A stretch of 63,519 nt of DNA, the filler included, from Reclinomonas americana ATCC 50394 (lineage: Eukaryota): NCBI GenBank assembly GCA_048213135.1. It is 6 parts of 4 records of this genome, joined end to end, with 100 filler letters (N's around TTAATTAATTAA, not from the genome) between each part and the next. Parts side by side here need not be neighbours in the genome. Positions count along the whole stretch, not along the records: positions 15,200 to 41,697 come from PS015318.1; 5 more parts are not named here. One strand, given 5' to 3'. The notes beneath the pieces are model-generated. The model was not told the DNA's origin. It saw only the letters and a list, made by a program, of their open reading frames with translations, and ran no database searches. Each line of letters begins with the position of its first letter. Position 1 is the stretch's first letter. Positions 27,563-38,362 of the stretch are shown piece by piece. The translations under genes were made by a program, and so were the position numbers.

Positions 27563-29805
27563 TGTCACACACACACGAAGCCGCGAGAGAGGAGGGAGAA
27601 GAAGATGCCTTCGCAGCGTGCATTCAAAGCGTCGTTCCCATTCGTTTTTTCTCTTTCTCCGTTTGCTCACATCTCGCTTGCATCCCGGCTAAGAACGGGT
27701 TACGGGGTCGCAGTCCGTTGTCTCTGTCTTCTCTCACGCACACTTGCTGAAGGAGAGTTGCACCGTGAACATTGTCTGCACTTGCATCACACACAGTATC
27801 ATGTGCACTCTTCGTTTCTCTCTCGTTACCTCCCTTTGCCTCTCTTCCCGTCCCCTCCCTCTCCCTTGCTCACTCGTCGTCCCTCCTGTTCACAGGCACA
27901 ATTCAAGCCCACCGTTGACGCTTACGCCGCGCTGCAAGTCACTGGATGTTGCGCCAGTGTTTTTCTCCCTCACACTCGTCCTCCATTTCTCACCGCATCC
28001 CCCCGTTGTTGTCGTGTCCACAGCCTCGGCCTTCATGTCTGCGGGTCGTGCAGCCGGCGGCACAGCCACGTCCAAGGTGCAAGTCTCTCTCAGCTGCTCG
28101 GACACCTCGACACTGTTCACCGTGCCCATTGTCTTCTCGAACAGCAGCATTTACGCGAAGGTGTGGTGGGAGGCAGCGGGAAGAGAGTGGCTCTAGTACG
28201 TGTGAAGAGAATGCTGTCGTCGACCACGTCGCGATCCTGTCGATATTTGTTGCGAATTGCCTCTGGTGTTTGAAATGGCGCTGCATGGGAGGCAGCAGTC
28301 GCGTACTCTCTTCGCACTCTGTCTCTTGCCAATGGGCGTAGTAGGAGTGCTTCTTTCATGAGCTCGCGCTTGTCGGGCAGGAGAGTCTATGCATGCGTGT
28401 TTCAGTACGTCATCCTCCGTGTACTTTGACTGCCCTCTGCTCTCTTGAGTGCTTTTGAGAGAATGCATATTGGGACGTGCTTTTGCTGCTGGGTGCATTC
28501 CTCTTCATGTGGGAGTGTGCATTTGTGTGTTTTCTTATTCGAGCTCTCACCTCGCTCACGGTGTTGCTTCCGTTCCGTGTGCTCGTAGAGAGTGTGTAAG
28601 TGGACGTGCGGTTTTCCGTATTTTTACCAGTCGACCTGTCATATCATTCATTCTCATCTTCACCCTGTTTCGTCTCCTCTCTCCTTCCCTCCTCCCCACC
28701 ATCAGGTGATGACCGTCGTCATCAACCTCGACAAGGGCAGCATCAACGGCATCTCCATGAACCCCACGTGCAACAGCGGCAACAACTTCTGTCTCCTTGA
28801 CAATAGCGCGCAGTGCATTGGCAGCAGCGATGTTAACCCCGGATACAACTGCGCCGGCACGTACAGTGGTACGACTGACGGCTGCGATCAAGGATGCTCT
28901 GTGGTGGTATGTGTGTTTTGAGTGCCGCGTCCTTCTTTTAGAAGGTGTCTGACTCTTTGCCGATACACAGATTTGGGTGGCATACACTGGCACCGATCGC
29001 AACGGCCGTGTCATGCAGAGCCAGAGTTGCGTCACTGCGTGAGAGAGAGAGAGAGAGGGAAGAGATAGAAGAGTGCAAGAGCGACGACAGATCGCGCTCT
29101 GTCCTCCTCTTCTGTCTGCGTGCGTGTGCGTGAGAGAGAGTGGGAGAGTGAGTGAGCGAGTGAGAGAAACAAGAGTGCAAGAGCTACGAAAGATTGCGCT
29201 GTCCTCCTGTGCAATGTGCGTGTGCGTATTTACATGTGAGAGAGATTGTGTGAGTGAGAGAGACACAGAAGAGTGCAATATCAACGAAAGAGTGCGCACT
29301 TGTCCTCCTGTGCGATATGCGCGAGTGCGTGTGCGTGCGTATATGAGAGAGTTGGAGAATGAGTGGGTGAGTGAGAGAGACACAGAAGAGTGCAACATCA
29401 ACGAAAGAGTGCGCACTTGTCCTCCTGTGCTATGTGCGCGAGTGCGTGTGCGTGCGTATATGAAAGAGTTGGAGAATGAGTGAGTAAGAGAGAGAAGAGT
29501 GCAAGCGCGCAACAGATTGCGCACCTATCCTCCTCCTCTTCTATTAGCGCGTGTGCGTGTGCGTCTGTGTATGAGAGAGAGAGTGAGTGAGAGAGAGAGA
29601 GAAGAGTGCACGAGCGACGAAAGATCTTTTCTTCTTTTCTTGTTTTTCCCGCTTTCTGCGGATGTGTGCATCGCCCTCTCTGTCCTGACGTCTCACTCAC
29701 TCTTGTGGCCGCCACGCAGACCTGTTGCCACAGGCCTTCCAGGCGTGGACATTCGGCAACATTATCGACGGCGTCTACAAGAAGATCATTGGCACACTCA
29801 CGTAA
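27009..29805 (+). CDS. Secreted hypothetical protein with a Cys-containing middle region; interrupted by a gap
   Basis: Signal-peptide-like start MTARLVVATLAVLLIACVA. Downstream exons splice in frame: AQFKPTVDAYAALQVTG..VMTVVINLDKGSINGISMNPTC..CDQGCSVV|IWVAYTGTDRNGRVMQSQ|NLLPQAFQAWTFGNIIDGVYKKIIGTLT*. Linkage across the gap is inferred. Confidence 0.7.
29040..29625. repeat. Intronic direct repeats (~118-bp unit plus degenerate copies)
   Basis: GAGACACAGAAGAGTGCAA.ATCAACGAAAGAGTGCGCACTTGTCCTCCTGTGC occurs at ~29260 and ~29378, with looser copies on both sides. Confidence 0.8.
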
Positions 29806-30617
29806 GGAGTCCAACAGAGTGTGTATGTTTTTTTTTGTGGGCGCACCCCCGCCCCGGTCATTGCTCGTCCGACCGTCATTCTTTTTTAACATCCTTCCTA
29901 TGTCGAGCTCTCTTTCCTCTCTTCTGATTGTCGCCAAATATAAGTGGCAGAATGCTGCAGCATGCACGGCAGAGGAGATGTGAAGGGGCGGGGCGGGGAA
30001 GGAGGAAGGGAGGGGCGTGAAGGGGCTGAGAGGAGAGAGAGAGAGAGAGAGCAAGTACCGGCACAGCAGCAGCGCCGTCTTCTGCGCCAACCATTGCAGT
30101 AGCGATTGCTTTGATTGCAGCAGCAACTAATACAGCGCCAGCAACATTTTCTGCGGCAGCAACAACAACAATCTCAGCCCCAGTCACCGCAGCAGCAGCA
30201 AGCGTCTCATGGGGAGGATATTGTCTGCAACATGCCATGATATCCAACGTGAGTGAACACCGTGACGTTTTTCAACACGATGCGACATACTGCAACAGCA
30301 ACTCATACATCGACACACAGGAAGCAGAAGCCTCGACGACACGACATTCACAGCCTGACAAGCGCCGGTCCGCTGCCGGCAAAACCAATCAACTACCCAG
30401 CAACCGGTATCGTCGATCGCCAACTTGATGGCTCAGAAAGCGTGCTTGAATGCGCCAACGCTGGTGCCACACCACGCTGCAGGTTCGTTGCACATTGGCC
30501 TCGAGAGGCGCCAGCGGACACGGATAGCCCACACCAAGGTGTTCATTCATTGTCCTCACGAACAAGCCAGCATCAAGTTTGGTATATTTTGTCAGACCAC
30601 GACGGAGCGCACGCAAC

Positions 30618-32203
30618 ATGACGCGAGATGCTGATGACGACGATGAGCAGTATGCGAAACGCAACTGCCTGTCCAAGCTGTGGAACTCGCTGGAGGTCAA
30701 GACGCTAATCCTTTTCGCGTCGATGATGTACACCGTCTACCTCGCGGTACCAGTGGGCTTTGTGGCGTACAACTCGGTGAACGACTCAGATGTGTTCAAC
30801 GGTTCAACTTGCATCGTTGCGTTGGAGAGTCGTCGGGTGTGCTATAGTACATGTACATGTGCGCACTGTGACGTGCGTAAATGCATCATGCTGTTATGAG
30901 TTTTGTTGTAACGCGTTAACATGCAACGCAGAATTCCTATTGCGTTCGTGGTCAAGGAGTGGCTTTCAGCGATCGCTGGTGAGTTCGCACGAAGCGGTTG
31001 CCTTCCCTCCCCAGCGTCTGCTTCTCACTCTCTCTCTCTCTCTCTCTCTCTCGCTTCATTCACTTGCAATCGTGTCAACCTTCTCATTTCGCGTCACCTG
31101 AACGCAGTTGCGGATACACAACGCTGAGCTCCAATGTGGGTATCACGTTCATCATCGTTTACTCATACTGCGCGGCGTCCATTGGCCTCCGCTTGTGGGT
31201 TTTGATATACTTCTTGACGCGAAAAAACAAAAACTCACTGGAGCGAGTTGTTTGGCTCACTCGTCATCCATTGTACCTGGTAAGTTTGCACATTACCACG
31301 AACACACACAGTTATTTAATGTTTGTATGCACGCACATTGGAGCTCAGCCTATTTGCCGTGGGGGTTCCCTTGGTGCTTCGCAGCGTATTCTTTGAGCAA
31401 TTGCAGGAAAGGGGAAAGGGGAGAAAGGGGAAGAGAGGAGCGAGGAAAGGGGAGAGAGCGGAACACGACAGTGACTGGTGAGGGCAGTACGAAACACTGT
31501 TGATGCAGCTCTCACCTCGTCAGGGAAGTGTGTTCGCGACTGAGAGATGGGGGGAGACGACAAGTTGGAAGTTTAATGACCACGGCTATAGATCTATGTT
31601 GGAGACAGTTGCATCGTGCACACGTGTTTGAGGGCGGAGGGAGAGAGGTTGCACGCTCCCATTGTGTCGCTGCTAATGAGACGCATTAATTTAAATAATG
31701 CTTGTTTACAGATCTTGGACTTCGGTGTTTCGCTGTCCATCATCATCAACTCAGCGTCCTACAAATCCGCTGTAGACAGTGCACAAAGCGCCACCAACTT
31801 CACGATCGGTTCATCCACGTGGATATCCCACGGTGCTTGCATGTTCTCGTTCAAGACCTCCCGGTGCCCAACTTCCTATGACTACTGGAACAACAAGGAA
31901 GCTCCGTGCATGTTGTTCTGCTTGCCGAATATTTTTGGCCGTGGTCGCAGTCCATGACTGATCGTGCTGTGCACTGCGCAGGTTCTCTTCGAAAAGTGGG
32001 TGGGCGACACGCTTGCCCTTGCTGTTTCCATTGTATTCTGTGTCATCGATGGGTACACGATGTTGGAGAGGCTCTTTTGTGCCTCGGTCAAGCGGTACCG
32101 CAGCATCTGCTGCTGCACGCAGATGGAAATGGTGGCGACGACAGGCACCGGGAAGCAGTCAGTGCAGATGTCGCCGATTCGTACTGCCACGTCGCCAGTG
32201 TGA
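30618..32203 (+). CDS. Hypothetical membrane protein (~4 TM segments, Cys-rich loops)
   Basis: Exons encode hydrophobic segments LILFASMMYTVYLAVPVGFVAY, VGITFIIVYSYCAASIGLRLWVLIYFL, ILDFGVSLSIII and TLALAVSIVFCVI. The phase of the last intron does not resolve cleanly (possible indel error near 31905). Confidence 0.55.
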
Positions 32204-32240
32204 GCGACGGCAGTTGGCGGAGCTGTGTCGTCGAATCAAT

Positions 32241-32294
32241 ACAGCTGTTGCTTGTTTGTTGGTGAATGAATTTTGCGTGGTTTCTCTTGCAGAA
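32241..32294 (+). repeat. Dispersed copy of the foldback outer-arm sequence
   Basis: ACAGCTGTTGCTTGTTTGTTGGTGAATGAATT..CGTGGTTTCTC.TTGCAGAA matches the reverse complement of 59258-59328. Confidence 0.8.
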
Positions 32295-32659
32295 ACACCA
32301 GCATGCCATCTCGACTTTTTCTCGCTTTTTTTTCCGTGATGTCTGAGTTTCTGGTGCTGACTCAAGACGGTGATCATCGTGCAGCTGAGTTGCTGTTTGG
32401 ATCAGTAAAGTTATTGTTGTTGTACATGTCGTCACCGCATACCGAATTCGAATTCGAACTCCAGTTTTTGCAGTACATCTCGACCTCAACCCATGTTGCT
32501 GCCATGGCAAGTACGTGTATTGCCGGAGTCTGCGCTCATGGTACCACCGCCGCTGCCGCCTTCACTCCCCCGCGACAGTTCACTTCAAATTTCCACCGTC
32601 CACCCAGTCGACGGCTTCGGATACCGTCGCTACGCATAGCACTCGCATCGTTGGCGCCA

Positions 32660-35338
32660 ATGATCGCTCGAGCCCACGCGCCTGCCTCACACTCATCCTC
32701 TTCTTCCTCCTCTTCCTCCTCCTCCTCCTCCTCCTCATCGACCACCACCGCACAATCACCACGCTTGCATGACAAGCACCGTTACCGCCATGACGACGAC
32801 GGTGACGACGACGACGACGACGACGCACGCATTCCCTCCTCACCACACGCCTCTCCTCCTCCTCCCCCACACACCATTACACCCACACCGAGCACCGTGC
32901 CCACTGCCCTGGTGCACGTGACAGTGAACGGCGGTCCACCCGACGACCCGCCCTCTCTGCTCGCCGCCGCACACACGTCGCCACCACCACCGCCATACGA
33001 GCAGGACCAGCAGGCGGAGGCGAGAGGACGTCGACGTCGACTGCGTGGTGGTGGCGCGCATGATCGCGGGGCCGTGTCGCCGGCGCCGGCTGCGGTGGAG
33101 ACAGCTGCGGCCTTGTCGCGTGTGCATCGTGTGGTCGAGCAGATGGCCAGTGAACGGGCTGGCCTGGCGTCGTCGGTGGAGGCGGTGTACGAGAGCAGAG
33201 TTGCGTGGTCTTTTTGGTGCTGGTCGCGCGCGCATGTGCAGATAAGTGACTGCTCAGTTGTGTGTGTGTGCAGTGTGCGACGGCTGCTGAGCTGATCGAG
33301 GTGCAAGAGCTGATTGCGCGACTGCGTGAGCGGGAGGGTGAGTTGGAGGAGCGGGTGGCCAACTTGGGCGCGCGGGAACAGGATTTGCGAAACGAGCGTT
33401 GCGTGTTGTTGTGTACTTGGCGGATTTGTGTCGTTGCCTCAGTTGTTTGCCGAATCAGTGTTGCAAGTGGAGTTGCGCTTGGCCTCTGTGCAGCAGCAGT
33501 GTGGCGTCTTTGAGGCTGGCATTCAACGCGTGCAGCATCGTTGCGATTTCGTGGTGCTCGTCCCTTGCATGCGATTGGTATTGCTCACCAAACCACCGTG
33601 GCCTGCACAGTTCGCGCCACCGAAGATGTGAGCTCTGCCGCGAAGGCCATGGTGGCGGAGGGAGACGGAGAGTCGGCGGGAGACACGGCGGCGGTGGAGT
33701 TGACTCGACATCAGACGCTGTTTGGGCACACAGAAGTGGTGCACGCGGTGGCCGTGTACCAGCACGTCAGATTACCGAGCTCGCCGTTGGATGATGTGCC
33801 GCCGCCCACAGTGGGCGTCGTATCGGCGGGCGCCGATGGTACTGTGCGCGTGTGGGATTGCAGTCGGGGAAAGGCGGTGCATGTGCTGGTCGGCAGCGAC
33901 AGTTGCGTGCAAAGGCTTGACGAGGGTTCTTTCGCGTCGACTCTCTCTGTCTCTCTCCCTCTGGCTTCGCCTACCAACCTTTCCTCCTCAACCGACTGTT
34001 CTGTTGACCAGGCCCCGTGCGCACCGTGCATTGCTGCGGGCGACGCTGTGCGGCGGGCTCTGACGACGGGATTGTGCGAATGGTGAGTCGCACTCGCCCT
34101 CTCCTTCTAATGCGTTGCTAACCTTCCCCCCGTGGCGGCAGTGGAACATGTCGACGGGCACCCTTGACTGCGCACTGAGTGGCCATGAGGGTGCTGTGCT
34201 GGCGGTGCAGTTGGACGACAATAGTCTGGTTTGTGTGCGCAGGTCGCAACGCGCTTGCTCTGCCTTTGCTGGCACTCACACTGGATCGACCAGGTGTCGG
34301 GCTCGGGGGACGATCGCGTCGGATTGTGGGACGTTGCGAATGGATCGGCCCGTGCACCCTTGCGCTTCATGCTTGGTCACACGGCGCCGGTGAATTGCAT
34401 TCGCTTCTGGAAGTATGCGTGTGTGAGGTACGTTGGAGCAAGAGCATTTGCATTCAGTCGACAAGTTGCTGGTGTTGATCAGTGCACGTGCAGTGGGTCG
34501 TCGAACGGAGAAGTGCGCATGTGGGACATGCGTACCGGGCAATGTCACCGCGTGCTTCAAGCTTGTGCTGGTGAGCTGTCTTCTCCAGTGAAGCAAGGCG
34601 ATATTTTTCTCTCAATATGCGTTCAGGTTCGGTGACTGGAGTGCAGTTTGACCAGGCGCACTTGGTGACCGGCGGCGATGATGGAATGATTAGAGTTGCG
34701 TGTCAACAGCCTCTTTGTTCCCCCTGCCTCCCCGTCTTCGTCTCTCATCCACAGCGCGTCAGATATGGGATTTGCGCACGACTGCATGTCTGAGCGCGTT
34801 GGATGTGGGCGGCGACGAGCATCGAGCAGTGCGTGCGTTCCAGTTTGACGACGAAAAGATTGTGTATTCCACGGGCCGGGTGCCAAAGGTGGGCTTGCTG
34901 TCGACGAGCTTCCCGTCGCATCGCACCACTCACCGTTGCTGCAGATGCTGGCCGTGCGTGACATGCGGGTGGCCGCCTGGTGCAGCGGTCACACGGGTGA
35001 TGTGAACAGCATTGTGTTTGCTGGGTCAACGTTGTTCACCGGCAGCACGGATCAGACTGTAAGGGTGAGTCATAAAGGGAAAGAGATGGGGCAAGGGAGG
35101 GAAAGAAGGGGGAAGAGAGGGGTAAAGGGTGAGGAGGTGGGCAATTTTGACAGTACGCGCTATGTTGGGATAACATATCACAGAAGAGAAGTGTCGAGGT
35201 GATGGCAGACGAGCGAGCGGTCCTGAGAATGAGATGCACTGCCTTCACCAGTCGCTCACGTATCTACCCTTTCCCCCATCTCCGCAGCAATGGGACACGA
35301 CGCACATTGACAGGATGCTCGCACAAGCGATACAATAA
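32660..35338 (+). CDS. Coiled-coil + WD40 protein, Mdv1/Caf4-like; 12 exons; start uncertain (32504 or 32660)
   Basis: Low-complexity N-terminus, coiled coil (ELIEVQELIARLREREGELEERVANLG), then WD repeats GHTEVVHAV..VRVWD, GHEGAVLAVQLD, GHTAPVNCIRFWKYACVSGSSNGEVRMWDMRTGQCHR, VTGVQFDQAHLVTGGDDGMIRIWDLRT, GHTGDVNS..TVRQWD. All 11 introns are GT-AG and in frame. Confidence 0.85.
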
Positions 35339-35374
35339 AGGAGGAACCCAAATCGACGGCAGATCTTTCTCTTC

Positions 35375-38064
35375 CTAGTAGAGGTAAGGGCAGATGGTCC
35401 ACGGCACGCGCTCGCAGTAGCGCTTCCAGTCGGCACCGTACTTGCGAGCGCACTCGGCGTTGTCGCGGTGCGCGCGGTGGGTCAGGCACAACAGCAGGTA
35501 GACAAAGTAGGCGTAGCCCTGTGGAGATTCATAGTGAGTGCGAGAGTGGAACATACGGAGAAGGGGGGAACGCACGATAAAGTGAGTGGTGCACGGCATG
35601 CAGTAGGCCAGAGCCATCAGCAGGTCACCGAGGTAGTTGCACTGAGCCCGGGAACGATGTGGATGAGAAGGAGAAAAGCGATACACGACGCCACGAATCA
35701 ATGAAACAAACCTTTCGCGAGATGCCCCAGAAGCCAGAGATCTGCAAGAGTCCACAGTGAGGACTTGTCTGGGGCAGATCGCGACGAAAAGAGCACACTC
35801 ACCAACAGCGGGGTGCCGCGCTCCGTCGGCAACACCTCAGCCGGCTTGCCCCAGATCGAGTACGGCTTGCCCTGGAACGTGGCCTCCTTGAAATAGTGCT
35901 TCTGCGAATTGGAGCTGTGGCAGCAGCAGGGAAATGAGGGAGAGAGTGCGTGAGAGAGAGAGATCGAGAGGCGTGCGACGAGCAACACTGAGCGATGGGA
36001 GAGGGAAAACGCAACGTGCGGAAGATCCAGTAGCCCAAGGCGAAAACAGCCATGTTGATGAGGATGTAGAGGCCCGACGACGACTCGGTCTGCGGGGCCA
36101 GCACCCACGCACCGATCGTGAAGTAGAACGGAATGAAGAAGTAGTCGCCCCACTGCGTGATTCGGAAATGAGCAGACGGTGGGGGGAAGGACAGGATCGA
36201 CAAGAGAGAAGCAACGCACCACCAGCATGAATCCGAAGCTACAAATCATGAATAAGAAACACGTCAGCATCTGGACATCAAGAAGTGCCGCGGGCATGCA
36301 GACGTACCGCTCGGTCACAATGTCCCAGGTGGAGAGCATCGATATCTTGGGCTCGTGCCAGAAGTAGTCGACCACGTACCAGCTGCGAGGTGGGCGAAGA
36401 GAACGGAGGTAGAAGTGAGGGAAAGGCAGGGGGGCGGAGACAAGGGAGGGGCGAGGGAGAAGGCGAGGGGAGAGAGGATCCGAATGGAAGGGGATGGGCG
36501 ACGAGAGAGGGGAGGGTAGGGAGAGGGCGCAGATGGGCAACATGGTAGGGAGAACTGATGAACTTAAAAGTGTGGAGAGAGCAGGGCAAAGAGAGAAGAG
36601 AGGGGGAGGGAGAAGGCGAGGTGGGAATGACGAAGGGGTGAAGAAAGTAGAAGGAGAGCGAATATGCTTCGAATTGGTGAATTATGAAGAGTGGAGGGAT
36701 GGAGACGGGAGCACACGAATGAAGATGGACTGGCGACGAGAGAGAAAGGAGTGTGAGAACGAAGATGCAGGGCGGAAATGACGGAGAAGTTGAGGCGACA
36801 GTGAGAAAATGGAATATGAAAGGAAGCAGATGCTTGTGTCGAGAGTCAGAGTACTGACGACTTCACAATCCCACAAGACGCAACCCCGTGGTGAACTGGT
36901 ACACCATCATGTTCCACGTCAGATGGCCTGCGCGAGGAGAATGAACGATTGAGATTCAGATCAGTGCTTCACTGTGCAACACCAATCGGTCGACGCAACC
37001 GGCATCACGGTACTGAGCGCCAGCAATGGAAAAGTTGACAATCAACCAGAAGATCATCGCCGGGCGGTAGGCGAAAAACTGCAGCGAACGACGGCAGAGT
37101 CAGTTACTGTACGAGTACGCCACAGCCCACAACATCACAAGCCAAACCTTCCAATCGAACTTCTCCGACAGACGCGGGTTCACCTCGACGCCGAACCACA
37201 ACGTAAGGAATATGACCAGATCCTTCTCGCGGTCGGGGATGCCGAGCTCAGCGGCCTGTGACGAGCAGCAAGGAGGCATGAGAATGTACAGAGAAAGGGG
37301 AAAGTGCTAAGCAGCTGCTCACTCACTCGCCGACAAGTGTCTCACTCTCTCAACAAGCAGTACTCACTGAGTTTGCAGCTCACTCATTCGACAAGCAGCT
37401 CACTCGCTCGACAAGCTGCGCTCACTCGTTCGACAAGCTGCGCTCACTCGTTCAACAAGCTGCGCTCACTCGTTCGACAAGCTGCGCTCTCCACCTTCCC
37501 CCCTTTCCGCCCTCCTTCTCCCCCCACCCCCTCTCCCCCCTCCCCCACTCACCTCCTTGGAGTCGCGTCCACGGAGGTACAGCTGCGCCGTATGCAGCAA
37601 CGTCCACACTTGCACCGTGAAGAGGAAACCGGCGATGTTATCGTAGACAATGGTCACCGGGAACAAGCCGAGACCGACGGAGCCCACAAAAAAGGCCACC
37701 ACCGAGGTCACCAACAGCAAAAAGCCGTTGCATTTGTAGCTGAGGCGCTTCTTTGAGGTGCCCAGTTGTACACCTGTGTGAGAAGTTTTCGTTGAGTCAC
37801 GAAATTTTTTCGAGCGGACATGACAGCAGGCATGACCACCGCAGGAACCGAAAACACGTTCGCGCTCACCTTGATGAACTGTGCCGGGCAAGTACACGGA
37901 GCCAAAGGCGAGGAAGAGCCAGAAGGTGGCATAGGCGGGAAGCTGCGCGCGCAAACACAGGTAGGGGCATCAGTGCTAGCAAGCTCATGCGGCGCAGTGG
38001 CGAGTGTAACAGCGACGGGCAGCGTTGCAGCAACGCGCTGGGCAGCGTATGACAGGTACTCCAT
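35375..38064 (-). CDS. ERG24: ERG4/ERG24-family sterol reductase (delta14-reductase/LBR/TM7SF2-like), copy A; 13 exons
   Basis: Motifs LPG..QG..RLSYKCNG, WFGVEVNPR..FDWKFFAYRP, TWDIVTERFGFMLVWGD, IFRTSNSQK, LLISGFWGISRKCNYLGD, HRAHRDNAECARKYGADWKRYCERVP. The family is secure; the exact specificity is not. Confidence 0.88.
37315..37490. repeat. 22-bp minisatellite in intron 3 of sterol reductase copy A
   Basis: Unit GCTGCGCTCACTCG(T/C)TCGACAA. Confidence 0.85.
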
Positions 38065-38362
38065 TTGCGGGGCTGGAAGAGAACAAAGGTGCAACTGTGC
38101 GCTCTCCACCGCGGGCGGTAATTAAATAGTTGCTCGCGCCCTCGCCGCGGCCGACGGAGGAGAGCTTTGCGCACTGCGCGCGACAGCGGCGAATTTCTGC
38201 CGCGAAAGGAAAGGAGTCTCCGGTTGTGTCATGATCAAAAGGCATGTACAACGAGCGTGTGAAAGCTGCAGCTGCTTAACGGGAACAATACACGTCGACA
38301 CGATGCTCGCACAAGCGATACAATAAAGGAGGAACGCAACAAAACAGCAGTTCTTTCTCTTT

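Noticed and set aside
37315..37490. 22-bp repeats as a CRISPR-like array
   Set aside because: Head-to-tail units without unique spacers, inside a eukaryotic intron; a minisatellite.
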